IMG/VR virus record: IMGVR_UViG_3300017960_000001
Location: 1-64,000 of that record
Source of the DNA: a virus
DNA length: 64,000 nt
Reading direction: 5' to 3' (one strand)
Part shown: positions 1 through 9,062 of the stretch, piece after piece
Layout: the number at the start of each line of letters is the position of its first letter
Position numbering within the stretch: position 1 is the stretch's first letter
Notes under the pieces: generated by a model
Seen by the model: the letters and a program-made list of their open reading frames with translations, nothing else
What the model was told of the DNA's origin: nothing
Database searches by the model: none
Program-made: the position numbers and the translations under genes

Positions 1-31
1 AGCGCCGAGCCTACCAGCGAGGGGTGCGACG

Positions 32-211
32 ATGAATAGCGAGGACGTGAGGCTGCTCGTCGTGTTGCTGGTGGTGTTCCTCGTCATCCCGATCGCGGGG
101 TTGGTGTGGGCCGAGTTCGGACGGCGCCGCAAGGATCCGGGGAGCCTGACCGCCGACGACATCGAGCGAGGGCGGCGGGACATGATCGAACGTAGCCGGG
201 GCGACGGTTGA
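32..211 (+). CDS. Small membrane protein (59 aa)
   Basis: Own translation MNSEDVRLLVVLLVVFLVIPIAGLVWAEFGRRRK...: one hydrophobic segment followed by basic residues; GAGGGG upstream. Not in the ORF track. Confidence 0.6.
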   Translation: MNSEDVRLLVVLLVVFLVIPIAGLVWAEFGRRRKDPGSLTADDIERGRRDMIERSRGDG

Positions 212-235
212 CACCGACACGGAACCGGATACCAT
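208..235 (+). promoter_or_regulatory. Sigma70-like promoter
   Basis: TTGACA (208-213), 16-nt spacer, TACCAT (230-235). Confidence 0.55.
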
Positions 236-268
236 GGATCGAGTGACACAGACAACGATTCCAGTTAT

Positions 269-329
269 GGCGGCGCCCGTCTCCCCCGGGACTTCCCCCT
301 TCGTCCCAGGCGGGCGCCGCCTCTATTTT
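269..329 (+). terminator. Long hairpin followed by T-rich tail (terminator, attenuator or sRNA 3' end)
   Basis: GGCGGCGCCCGTCT...AGGCGGGCGCCGCC stem with inner GGGAC/GTCCC stem, followed by TCTATTTT. Confidence 0.6.
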
Positions 330-334
330 CGAGG

Positions 335-610
335 TTGAACGTGAGCGAGTCCCGAGCCGAGGTGATCCGACGGGTGCACGCGATCCAATCGCAGCCGGAC
401 ACGTCACTACACGACGGGCCCCGGGATCGCTACGTGCAGATCCGCTGCACCGAGGACGAGAAGCTCAGGCTCAGGCAACTAGCGAACGGCCACCGCATGA
501 CGGTATCAGACTACCTCCGGGCCCTCGCGTTTGACGATCTATTTCGTAGAGAGCACGCCCGGTTCGAGGGACCGCTGACCCAACGGCTGAGGCGGGAGGG
601 TAAGGTGTGA
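335..610 (+). CDS. Ribbon-helix-helix (MobC/CopG-like) DNA-binding protein
   Basis: RYVQIRCTEDEKLRLRQLANGHRMTVSDYLRALA matches the RHH strand-helix-helix pattern; start codon uncertain. Confidence 0.65.
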   Translation: MNVSESRAEVIRRVHAIQSQPDTSLHDGPRDRYVQIRCTEDEKLRLRQLANGHRMTVSDYLRALAFDDLFRREHARFEGPLTQRLRREGKV

Positions 611-1293
611 CTAAAGGTAAGAGTAAGTCTCACACGGGCAAGAAAAAGAAGCCCGCCAAGAAGGGCGCCAAGCGTGCCCAAGGCGGGGCCAAGAAAAAAC
701 GTAGTTCGGGGGGCGTGAGGATCAAGCCGGACACCTACAACGCTCTGCAACGGGCGTACTACGAGGATCAGGACATCACCGCGGCGGCGAAGGCGGCCGG
801 GGTCACGCGGCGGACGGCGACGAAGTATATCAAGGGGAAGGGCGACCCGGCCCGCGGCATGATGCCGATCCACGATCGCTGGCTCCGGGTGCAGGCCGAG
901 GCTCAGGACCGGGCCGACCTGACCCACGCCCGGATGGTGACGAAGGCGAAGCGCATGCTCGACGGCGCGCTGGACTCTGTCACGGCCGAGCTATACCTAT
1001 ACGGGCAGGACGTGAAACGCCGGGTGAAGGCGTATCAGGAAAACCCGCAAGAGGTGGCGCCGCTACCGGCCGCGAGCTTGAAGAACTTGATCGCGGCGTT
1101 GGACCGAGCGGCGCGGTTGTTCGACCGCCTCGAGGGGGGGCCGGATCTCCGGGTCGGGTTCCAACTGGACGACCTCATGGGGCTGACCGAGGAGGAGGCT
1201 CTCGACGCGGTGACCACCGGGGTCCTACCGGCCCAGCTCGGAGCGTTCAAGGTCGGGGGCGGGGCGCCCGCGGGGGGCGACGAACCGAACTAA
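607..1293 (+). CDS. HTH protein, probable terminase small subunit
   Basis: HTH-like ITAAAKAAGVTRRTATKYI, helical oligomerisation-like middle and Lys-rich N-tail; no other TerS candidate next to TerL. Confidence 0.5.
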   Translation: MTKGKSKSHTGKKKKPAKKGAKRAQGGAKKKRSSGGVRIKPDTYNALQRAYYEDQDITAAAKAAGVTRRTATKYIKGKGDPARGMMPIHDRWLRVQAEAQDRADLTHARMVTKAKRMLDGALDSVTAELYLYGQDVKRRVKAYQENPQEVAPLPAASLKNLIAALDRAARLFDRLEGGPDLRVGFQLDDLMGLTEEEALDAVTTGVLPAQLGAFKVGGGAPAGGDEPN

Positions 1294-1759
1294 GCCCCTG
1301 CCGAGCCAGCCTGAGCAGCCCCAACAGCTACCACCGAAGGCACTCCCGAATAGTTACGCGCACTTGCGAGGACGGGCGAGCCAGCTTCAGCCAGCGGCGA
1401 GTGAGTGAAGCAGCCAGCTGCCGAGGGGTTCGGCGGTTTCTGCCGGCGTGGGCTGCCGGTGGTGCAGCCCGGGGCTCGGTGGCTGCGTCGGCGGTGTGCG
1501 GCGCCGACACGGACACGGGGCCGCCACGCGGATCAGAGGCCGCGGGGGCGGTGGCCCGGGACGTCGGACCCCCGGGGCTGCGAGCGGGGCTCAGCGAGGG
1601 GCTGAGGGGCGGGGGAGAGAGGGCGCGGCCGGCAGGCAGTTTAAGTGTATACAAGTATAAGGGGCCTAGGCGGGGTCGGCGGCGGGGCTCGCGTGTTAGC
1701 AGCCATGGCTGGCAAGGGGCTGCCCGGAACCGCGAGGCCAACGGCGGCGCGGGTTAGAG

Positions 1760-1862
1760 AGAAAACGACAAGCACCTGTCTTATTTTGTTGACACGACCA
1801 GGCCAGCGGGTTACATTATCCTCATGATGACGCACACAACAAACACCGCGGAGGACAAAATG
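1760..1862 (+). promoter_or_regulatory. Conserved promoter/leader module, copy 1
   Basis: GAAAACGACA..TGTCTTATTTTG, TTGACA 1789, 17 nt, TACATT 1812, ATGATGAC 1824, GGAGG, ATG 1860. Confidence 0.85.
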
Positions 1863-2330
1863 ACCGACACGAAAACCCTGCACACCGTAAAGGTTACCTT
1901 CTCCAAATTCAACACCGCCCGCCGGGTGACGTTGGTCGGCCGTGACTTCGGGACGCGGGACGGGCTGTATGGTCCCTATCGGACGATCTACATGGACGGC
2001 CCCCGCGGCGCCGAGTACGGGATGCACATCTATTCGAATAACAGCTGGCGCGTCTACTCCGTCAAGTCGATGTCGATGAACGACATTGCCGGCGGCCGCG
2101 ACGCCGACACCGAGGTCGAGGTCACCGCCCGCCCCGCCACCGCGGACGAGGTCGCCGATTGCGCCCGGCTCGGATACGAGCTGAACCCCGACACGGACAC
2201 CGACACGGACGCTGACGCGGACACCACCGCCGACGCGGCGACCGACACCGACACCGACACGGACACCGGCGCCGACACCGACGCGGCGATCGTGCTGACT
2301 TGCTGGGCCGACACCGGAATGGAGGCATAG
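1824..2330 (+). CDS. Hypothetical protein with Asp-Thr repeat tail (alternative start 1860)
   Basis: ORF follows the promoter module; SD GGAGG before 1860. Confidence 0.75.
   Translation: MMTHTTNTAEDKMTDTKTLHTVKVTFSKFNTARRVTLVGRDFGTRDGLYGPYRTIYMDGPRGAEYGMHIYSNNSWRVYSVKSMSMNDIAGGRDADTEVEVTARPATADEVADCARLGYELNPDTDTDTDADADTTADAATDTDTDTDTGADTDAAIVLTCWADTGMEA
2190..2283 (+). repeat. Degenerate GACAC(C/G) hexamer tandem repeat encoding (DT)n
   Basis: gacacggacaccgacacg...gacaccgacaccgacacggacacc. Confidence 0.8.
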
Positions 2331-2334
2331 AACC

Positions 2335-2577
2335 ATGACGACGATCAACGACAAGGAAATCTACGAGCTTCGATTGGCCGAGGTTGTGGGCGACCGGGAC
2401 ACGGTCGGCAACGAGTACGAGCGGGGACAGTTCAACCCGTTTTTGTACGCCTTCGCACGCGGGGTCCCGATGGTCGAGGGGCACGCGATCCGCGACCAGC
2501 TGGAAATGCACGGGCGGTACATGGACCTCGACTTGTTCCCGGGCGTGATCCTGCTCGCCCGGGGCGGGAGGGCGTAA
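2335..2577 (+). CDS. Hypothetical protein
   Basis: GGAGG upstream, tight operon packing. Confidence 0.7.
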   Translation: MTTINDKEIYELRLAEVVGDRDTVGNEYERGQFNPFLYAFARGVPMVEGHAIRDQLEMHGRYMDLDLFPGVILLARGGRA

Positions 2578-2579
2578 CG

Positions 2580-3113
2580 ATGCCACGGAAAACCAAGGCC
2601 GAACGGTTCGGCGATCTAGCCGGATGGAAGGACGCGCGCCGGAACAAGCTGACCGGCGGTTGGACGTCCGTATACGAGTCCGCAAAGCAAGGGTTCGACG
2701 GCGAGGACAAGTACACCGTCATCTGCGAGGCGCACGGCGCGATCGTGTCGGTGCCGAGGTACAAGGACGCGCTATACATCGCCGGCGACGCGACCGAGTT
2801 CTGCGACGATTGCCGAGCGTTGGAGCGGATCGGTGCCGGCAACATGCGCCAGCTCGAGCGGACCGACGACCACGCTGAGAACGCCTACCGATCCCGGGCC
2901 GAGTACCCTTGCGCGGTGTGCGGACGGAAGGTTAAGCACCCGGCCGGGATGCTCCACTTGATCGCCGGCGGCGACACGGTTCTGCACCCCGACGCCGAGG
3001 ATCTATACGAGCCCGACGGCGGCGACCTCGGCCTGTACCCGGTCGGGAAAGACTGCGCGCGGGCGTGGGCCGGGTGGCTCCACCCGGCGACCGACGCCGA
3101 CGGCGAGGGCTGA
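2580..3113 (+). CDS. Hypothetical Zn-binding protein
   Basis: CEAH, CDDC, CAVC and VGKDC motifs; SD present. Confidence 0.7.
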   Translation: MPRKTKAERFGDLAGWKDARRNKLTGGWTSVYESAKQGFDGEDKYTVICEAHGAIVSVPRYKDALYIAGDATEFCDDCRALERIGAGNMRQLERTDDHAENAYRSRAEYPCAVCGRKVKHPAGMLHLIAGGDTVLHPDAEDLYEPDGGDLGLYPVGKDCARAWAGWLHPATDADGEG

Positions 3114-3135
3114 AGCCCAACCTTCAAGCGGGCCA

Positions 3136-3247
3136 GAAAAAAAACGACAGCGGTGTGTCTTTTTTTGTTGACGCGACGGACGCAGCATGCCAGTATTTAC
3201 TCATGATGACGCACACCAAAAACACCAACGCCGGGGAGGACAACATG
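3136..3247 (+). promoter_or_regulatory. Conserved promoter/leader module, copy 2
   Basis: TTGACG 3168, 17 nt, CAGTAT 3191, ATGATGAC 3203, GGAGG, ATG 3245. Confidence 0.85.
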
Positions 3248-3619
3248 GATAACGCGCACACCTCGAACCTCATCGACATCACCGACATGACCGCGGCCGA
3301 GCTGGACGCGCTCCTCGACACCGCCGCCGGCGACGACACCGACGACGACGACACCGACACCGACGCCGACCGCCCCGCCGGATTGACCGACCGGGTGTGG
3401 GCGGCGATCGTCGCGTCCAAGGCCGACCCGACTCTCTGCATCGAGGTCGACCACTGGTCGCGCATCGAACGAACCCAGCTGGCTAGCTACTACGGTTGGA
3501 AGCTGACCGACCCCGTAACGACCGATTGGATTTGGGGGAGCGACCGGGACACCGACACCGGCCCCGACTACGAGAAGATGATCCTCGCCCGGCAAGACCG
3601 CGAGGATTGGGGCTACTAA
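3203..3619 (+). CDS. Acidic hypothetical protein (alternative start 3245)
   Basis: Follows module 2; DDTDDDDTDTDAD tract. Confidence 0.75.
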   Translation: MMTHTKNTNAGEDNMDNAHTSNLIDITDMTAAELDALLDTAAGDDTDDDDTDTDADRPAGLTDRVWAAIVASKADPTLCIEVDHWSRIERTQLASYYGWKLTDPVTTDWIWGSDRDTDTGPDYEKMILARQDREDWGY

Positions 3620-3632
3620 AATGGAGGGCACC

Positions 3633-3956
3633 ATGACCAACGACACCAACGCATTCGAGGCCGCGATGACGATCTGGCTCGGCATCGCTCAGGAAATCAT
3701 GGAGACGGCGCACAACCGCGCGGGGTTCAGGTTCCCGTGTCCGTCCCTCTCCACGATGTACGGGAGGCGGTACGTGCGGATCGTCCGCGAGGATTCCTCG
3801 GGGAGCAGGTCCGCTCACGCCTTTGTCGACCGCACCAACGGCGACGTGATGAAGGCCGCCAGCTGGAAGGGTCCGGCTAAGAACTTCGCCCGGGGCAATA
3901 TCTACGACGCCGCCCGCCCGGGTGTCACCGAGTACGGGGCGCACACATGCTACTAA
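3633..3956 (+). CDS. Conserved phage hypothetical protein
   Basis: SAHAFVD..NGDVMKAASWKGPAK resembles a widespread phage family of unknown function; GGAGG before ATG 3633. Confidence 0.75.
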   Translation: MTNDTNAFEAAMTIWLGIAQEIMETAHNRAGFRFPCPSLSTMYGRRYVRIVREDSSGSRSAHAFVDRTNGDVMKAASWKGPAKNFARGNIYDAARPGVTEYGAHTCY

Positions 3957-3970
3957 TGGAGGGGGACAGG

Positions 3971-4381
3971 ATGCGCGTTCGAATCAGGTACAAGGTCACC
4001 GACCACGGCGAGCTTCTCGCCAACGGGTGCGAGACGGGTGTCCGGGGGTGGGCCCGCCGGGACCTCCGCGGGACGTCCGGCAACGCCAGGGTTGACGCCG
4101 CGTCGGCGGTGTTCCGCCGCGACCTGCTCCGCAAGGACGCCAGCTGCTACCCGGCGATCAAGCTCCCGCGGGGTGTCAACCCCGGCGACACGTGGGAGCA
4201 CGTGGCCGACCTCGAGGTGTTCGGGTGCGGGACGTGCCCGGGGTTGGACGGGCGCCCGGTCTACTACGAGGACCCCATCGAGGACTTCGCCGACGACGAC
4301 CCGCCCGAGACTCTGATCTGCTATCCCACGTGGGAAACGTTCCCGGTCACTCTCTCCTCGGACGACCTGCTCGATCGCTGA
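3971..4381 (+). CDS. Hypothetical protein
   Basis: GGAGGGGG SD, operon packing. Confidence 0.65.
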   Translation: MRVRIRYKVTDHGELLANGCETGVRGWARRDLRGTSGNARVDAASAVFRRDLLRKDASCYPAIKLPRGVNPGDTWEHVADLEVFGCGTCPGLDGRPVYYEDPIEDFADDDPPETLICYPTWETFPVTLSSDDLLDR

Positions 4382-4402
4382 ACCCCGCGCCGAGTATGGC
4401 GC

Positions 4403-4511
4403 AAAAAAATCAGCATACCCGGTGCTTATTTTTGTTGACGCGGCGGGCGAGGCGTGTCAGTATTATCTCATGATGACGGGCACCAACAACAACGACACGG
4501 GGCACACAATG
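4403..4511 (+). promoter_or_regulatory. Conserved promoter/leader module, copy 3
   Basis: TTGACG 4435, 17 nt, CAGTAT 4458, ATGATGAC 4470, second ATG 4509. Confidence 0.85.
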
Positions 4512-4763
4512 ACCAAAACTCAACGCAACTCTCTGGCAAGCCTCCGCGCGGTTGGTTCCGCGGACATCGTCGGGCAGGGCGGGATCTACGTTTACGACCC
4601 GGACCCCCGCGGCGACGGACCGTGCACGCCGGCCGCTACCATCGGGCACAACGTCGCCCGCGCTCTCGTCGACGCCGGGGTGGCCCACGTCGAAAAGAAC
4701 GGCCGCACCATCGAGCTTTGGAAAGTGTGCGGGGGCGGCGCGAAGCTGGTTCCGAATAACTAG
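4470..4763 (+). CDS. Hypothetical protein (alternative start 4509)
   Basis: Follows module 3. Confidence 0.7.
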   Translation: MMTGTNNNDTGHTMTKTQRNSLASLRAVGSADIVGQGGIYVYDPDPRGDGPCTPAATIGHNVARALVDAGVAHVEKNGRTIELWKVCGGGAKLVPNN

Positions 4764-4776
4764 GAGGGCGTAACCA

Positions 4777-5358
4777 ATGCCGACCACACCGAAAAAATAC
4801 CGCATCGCCACCGACCGCGCGACGGGGATCCGATACTACGTCCATTCGCTAGAGTTCCCGCGCGACGGTTCGCCGGTTCGCGCGCATCTATTCGGCCGGA
4901 CGACCCGCGCCAACGAGAACGTCAAGACCGGCGGCGCCCGCTGCTGGCACACCGGGATCTTCACGGTCGACCGGGACACCGTCGACGTGTCCGACCCGAC
5001 CCCCCGCACGTTCGAGCTTGCGTTGGAAATCTACGCCGAACAGAACGCCGACCACCACCGCCGGCGAGGGTTCGTTTTCTACCGCAAATCCAAGGACGGC
5101 GCGCGTAATATCCGGTTCGGGATCCGCCCCATGACCGAGGACGAATTGATCGACGCGGCCGCCGGCGCCGAGGATGCCGGCGACGTCGAGCTTGCCATGG
5201 ACCTGCTCGACATCGCCGACCGCCGGGCCAACGACGACGACGACGACACCACGGCCGAGGATGACGGCACGTGGACCGCCGACGGCATCACCGCCGACGA
5301 CCGGCTGAACCGGTTGTTCGACGCGGTGGCCGGTGGCAATTACGGGAAGCTTTTCTAG
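4777..5358 (+). CDS. Hypothetical protein with acidic C-terminus
   Basis: AGGAGG SD; typical codon use. Confidence 0.7.
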   Translation: MPTTPKKYRIATDRATGIRYYVHSLEFPRDGSPVRAHLFGRTTRANENVKTGGARCWHTGIFTVDRDTVDVSDPTPRTFELALEIYAEQNADHHRRRGFVFYRKSKDGARNIRFGIRPMTEDELIDAAAGAEDAGDVELAMDLLDIADRRANDDDDDTTAEDDGTWTADGITADDRLNRLFDAVAGGNYGKLF

Positions 5359-5399
5359 GACGACGGACACCGCCGACGGACGGCGGGACGGAGGGCAGC

Positions 5400-5564
5400 A
5401 TGCACGACCACGCGACGACGACGATCGAAACCTTCACCCGCGACAATCAGCTGGTGATCCGCTACGACATGACCAACCCGACCGCCACCGAGCAAGCGCA
5501 CGCGATCCTGCTCGCGGCGACGACCTCCGGCGAGTTCGGCGGGGTCGTGCTCGAGGGGGTGTAG
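5400..5564 (+). CDS. Small hypothetical protein
   Basis: GGAGG before ATG 5400. Confidence 0.55.
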   Translation: MHDHATTTIETFTRDNQLVIRYDMTNPTATEQAHAILLAATTSGEFGGVVLEGV

Positions 5565-5566
5565 CG

Positions 5567-5785
5567 GTGGGCCGATCACCACGGGCCCGGGCCGAGCACC
5601 TCGGCGGTACGAGGATCCGGTACTACTTCCCCTGCGGTCACTACCAAACGATCGACCACGGCAAGGGGCCGGTGGCGAAGCGCATCGGAGAGGCCGGGTG
5701 TCGATTCATCGTCAAGACCTGGGAGCGCGGCGGGGTGACCGCCGACTGCCCGACGTGCGAACGGAAAAGGAAGGGGGCCGCGTGA
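5567..5785 (+). CDS. Small Zn-ribbon protein
   Basis: CGH...CPTC motifs; GTG start just after the upstream stop. Confidence 0.55.
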   Translation: MGRSPRARAEHLGGTRIRYYFPCGHYQTIDHGKGPVAKRIGEAGCRFIVKTWERGGVTADCPTCERKRKGAA

Positions 5786-6561
5786 ACGACTACGAACAAC
5801 GACGGCAGGACCGGATCGATCGGTTGCGGGATCGGGTGAAGCGCAAGCGGGCCGAGTCCGCGGCGCAGCTCGACCGGGCGGGCAAGCTCGGCGACGCGAT
5901 CCCGATGGGGCAACCGATCCTCGTCGGCCACCACTCTCAACGCCGGCACGAACGGGACCTCGACCGGATCCAGAACGCGACCCGCCGCGGGGTGGACGCC
6001 GCCCGCGAGGCTGACGACCTCGAACGCCGGGCTCAGGCTGCCGAGAATAGCACCGCGATCAGTAGCGACGACCCCAACGCCCTCGTCGAGTTGCGGGCGA
6101 AGGTGGCGCGCTTGGAGGCTCGACGCGAGGACATGAAACGGACCAACCGGGAGTGGAGGCGGGGCGGGTGGGATGCCGTGTCCGGGTTGGACGACGACCA
6201 GAAAACCAAGATCAAGGAAACCCTCGCCCGGGTCGGCCGCGGCGACGGGCCGCCGTTCGCACCCTACCAGCTGACGAACCTCGGCGGGCGCATCCGACAG
6301 GCGAAAGCTCGTATCGTCCAGATGGAGACGCAACGGGCGATCCCGAGTAGCGAGTCCGAGGTCGGCGACGTGCGGATCGTGGACAACGCCGACGCGAACC
6401 GGGTGCAGCTGTTCCTGCCGGGGCGCCCGGGCCCGGACCTGAAAACGAGACTGAAGCGGAGCGGGTGGCGGTGGTCGCCGTCGCGGGGTTGCTGGCAACG
6501 CCACCGATCCACGGCCGCGCTGAACCAAGCACAAGCCCTCGCTGGCGCCTATTCCGATTGA
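5782..6561 (+). CDS. DUF3560-like protein
   Basis: IPMGQPILVGHHS, AISSDDPNA and GWRWSPSRGCWQR motifs recognised from this family. Confidence 0.8.
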   Translation: MNDYEQRRQDRIDRLRDRVKRKRAESAAQLDRAGKLGDAIPMGQPILVGHHSQRRHERDLDRIQNATRRGVDAAREADDLERRAQAAENSTAISSDDPNALVELRAKVARLEARREDMKRTNREWRRGGWDAVSGLDDDQKTKIKETLARVGRGDGPPFAPYQLTNLGGRIRQAKARIVQMETQRAIPSSESEVGDVRIVDNADANRVQLFLPGRPGPDLKTRLKRSGWRWSPSRGCWQRHRSTAALNQAQALAGAYSD

Positions 6562-6595
6562 TGGGGATGGACACACCAACCGATAGGAGGACCGG

Positions 6596-7354
6596 ATGCA
6601 GCTGGAACTGGAACGGCCGCTCGTCGTTTTCGATTTGGAAACGACCGGCGCCGACGTGAACAACGACAAGATCGTGGAGCTTGCGGCGGTGAAGCTCTCG
6701 CCGGGAGGCGGGCGGGACCAGCTTGTGCAGCGGTTCAACCCGGGCCGACGGATCCCGCCGGACGTGGTAGCGATCCACGGCATCACCAACGCCGACGTGA
6801 AGGACTGCCCTCTCTTCAGGGAGGAGGCCGCCCGGGTGCACCGGTTCTTCAAGGGGGCCGACCTCGGCGGGTTCAACGCGGACCGGTTCGACATCCCGCT
6901 CCTACAGAACGAGCTATTGCGAGCGGGCCTGAGCCTCGACCTGACCGTCTGCATTGTCGACGCATGCCGGATATACCACCAACGCGAGCCCCGGGACCTC
7001 GCGGCCGCGGTGCGGTTCTACACGGGCGGCGAGCACGTCCACCACCACGCCGCCCTCGCTGACGTCGAGGCTACGTTGGATGTGTTGCGCGGCCAGCTCG
7101 AGCAATACGCCGACCTGCCCCGCTCGGTGCAGGGGATCCACGACGCGACCCGCGACCCGGACGCGGTCGACTTCGCGGGCAAGCTGCGATGGGAGGGGGA
7201 CGCGGTGGTGCTGACCTTCGGCAAGCACAAGGGGACCCCGTTGCAACGGGTCGATCAAGGCTATCTCATCTGGGCGAAGCGTAACGGGGTGTTCGGGCCG
7301 GACGTGGTGCCGGTGATCAATTCCGCGCTCGAAGGCAGATACCCGAAACGCTAG
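6596..7354 (+). CDS. DEDDh 3'-5' exonuclease (DNA Pol III epsilon / ExoX-like)
   Basis: FDLETTG, GFNADRFD, HAALADV motifs; C-terminal FGKHKG..YLIW domain. Confidence 0.9.
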   Translation: MQLELERPLVVFDLETTGADVNNDKIVELAAVKLSPGGGRDQLVQRFNPGRRIPPDVVAIHGITNADVKDCPLFREEAARVHRFFKGADLGGFNADRFDIPLLQNELLRAGLSLDLTVCIVDACRIYHQREPRDLAAAVRFYTGGEHVHHHAALADVEATLDVLRGQLEQYADLPRSVQGIHDATRDPDAVDFAGKLRWEGDAVVLTFGKHKGTPLQRVDQGYLIWAKRNGVFGPDVVPVINSALEGRYPKR

Positions 7355-7423
7355 CCCGCGGCGCCCGCCCTCTCAAGCTCTGATCCGGCCGCCGATCGCT
7401 GCGGCCCGCTCTCCATGCGACCA

Positions 7424-7500
7424 GAAAAAATCAGCAGGACGTGTGCTTATTTTTATTGACACGGTGGGCCCCACGTGCCAGAATTTACTCATGATGACAC
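7424..7500 (+). promoter_or_regulatory. Conserved promoter module, copy 4
   Basis: TTGACA 7456, 17 nt, CAGAAT 7479, ATGATGAC 7491; no second SD-ATG follows. Confidence 0.85.
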
Positions 7501-7513
7501 GGACACAACACAC

Positions 7514-7598
7514 GGCGACGCGCACCGAAAAGGGGACCGGCTGTCCCGCCCGCACGGGTGAGTGCTGCTTCGGCAAGGGTTCGACTCCCTCGTTCGCC
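7514..7598 (+). ncRNA. Candidate tRNA-like structured ncRNA
   Basis: Closing stem GGCGA-CG/CG-T-TCGCC, T-arm AGGG-TTCGACT-CCCT, cUUCGg hairpin and two further hairpins; no canonical D or anticodon arm, no CCA. Confidence 0.55.
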
Positions 7599-7732
7599 TC
7601 TCAGTTTGTTTCGCGGTTGGTGTTGGCGGTGGCAATCACGGCCGGGGGCAATGCGGCTCTCGACCGGACGGCCGACTACCACGCCCGAACCCAGACCACG
7701 ACCCGCGACCACGTCGCGGGCGGGAGGTAGCC

Positions 7733-8170
7733 ATGCACCGGAACGGCGACGAAGTGATCATCCGAACCAAGAACCACGCCCGCGGGATCGTGGTCGACGC
7801 CAACCCCGCGATCGACCGCTACACGGTCCGCCCCTACGGTGACGGGTTGGTGTTGGTAGCCGGCCACGAGTTGGACCCGGTCGACGACGACGGTTGCCCG
7901 TGCTGCGGCGCCCCGCCGACCAAGTGGGATCCCGACGTCGACACGATGGGGACGATCGTCTATTGTTCCAAGTGCGGGGCGATGTTCACGGCCCCTGGCG
8001 AGACGATCTACCGCGGCGATTCCTACAACTACGTTTCCCCCATGATGTCGAGACGGACGGACATGGACGGGGCGAAGTATTTCGATCTGATGGTGCTGGG
8101 CTCGAACGGGGTTGAGCGGCGTCACGGGTGGTTCGACCCGGACACCAAGCTGATCCTGCAAATCGGTTAG
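7733..8170 (+). CDS. Hypothetical protein with Zn ribbon
   Basis: CPCCG...CSKCG; GGAGG SD. Confidence 0.7.
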   Translation: MHRNGDEVIIRTKNHARGIVVDANPAIDRYTVRPYGDGLVLVAGHELDPVDDDGCPCCGAPPTKWDPDVDTMGTIVYCSKCGAMFTAPGETIYRGDSYNYVSPMMSRRTDMDGAKYFDLMVLGSNGVERRHGWFDPDTKLILQIG

Positions 8171-8185
8171 AAAACGGAGGGCACG

Positions 8186-8515
8186 ATGGTAGTCTACACG
8201 GACAAGAATATCCACGACGACCCCTGCGGCGGCCGCCTCTGCGACGAATGTGAGATCGCGGGTTGCCCCGGCAACGGCGGCGACGACGCGCCCCCGGTCG
8301 ACCCGGCCCGCTCGAGGGACAACGCCCGGACGGCCGCGCGGGAGTTCGGGCGCAAGCTCGGCCTCCGCGTCACGCCCGACGACGTGTCCAAGTTCGGCGG
8401 GTGGTGGGTCTACCGCCGGGTTCAGGACGGACGGCACTTCGAGTGGTGCGCCCCCTACGGGGCGGTCAGGTTGATCAACGGCACCGGCTACCCGGACGAG
8501 GTGGGAAGCTGCTAA
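8186..8515 (+). CDS. Hypothetical protein
   Basis: GGAGG SD; Cys cluster. Confidence 0.65.
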   Translation: MVVYTDKNIHDDPCGGRLCDECEIAGCPGNGGDDAPPVDPARSRDNARTAAREFGRKLGLRVTPDDVSKFGGWWVYRRVQDGRHFEWCAPYGAVRLINGTGYPDEVGSC

Positions 8516-8534
8516 CGGCGCCAGCTGGCGCAAC

Positions 8535-9062
8535 ATGGAGGGCAAGATGCTCGAACTGAAATGGACGGACAACGGCGGATCGAGTCACACGGGGACCGCG
8601 GCGCGCGTCACGGTCGAAGCGTACAAGGATCCCGAGGGCTGGCACGCCGACGTGATCGTCACCGACGGCAGGACCGAGGACAAGTGGCCGAAATGGATCT
8701 ACGGGTTCAAGTCTCTCCGCGCGGTCAAGGATCACTGCGGCGCCGCGCTCCCGTCGACCCTCGGCGAGGACGACGTCCCGACCGACGGCGGCGTGGACGA
8801 GATGGGAGACGTTGCGAGCGGCACCTCGAACCCGCCCCCGACGTCACCGGCCGAGAACGCCGGCGGCCCGTCCGGGCTGGCTCTCACCGGCGCCGACGAG
8901 GTCACCGCCACGATGGCAGACGGGACGAAGATCCACATCGCCCTCTCTCCCAGCGGCGGCGAGCTTATCGTCGCCACCCGCCCGGGTAGCGCGACCGGCC
9001 TAGCGCTGTACCCTTCGCCGTCGTTCCGCACCCTTCGCCTGAAGCCGACGCGCGACTGCTAG
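8535..9062 (+). CDS. Hypothetical protein (likely start 8547)
   Basis: GGAGG between the two ATGs. Confidence 0.65.
   Translation: MEGKMLELKWTDNGGSSHTGTAARVTVEAYKDPEGWHADVIVTDGRTEDKWPKWIYGFKSLRAVKDHCGAALPSTLGEDDVPTDGGVDEMGDVASGTSNPPPTSPAENAGGPSGLALTGADEVTATMADGTKIHIALSPSGGELIVATRPGSATGLALYPSPSFRTLRLKPTRDC

Noticed and set aside
7514-7602. Canonical tRNA or hammerhead ribozyme
   Set aside because: No proper D arm, 7-nt anticodon loop or CCA, and no CUGANGA core; kept only as a tRNA-like candidate
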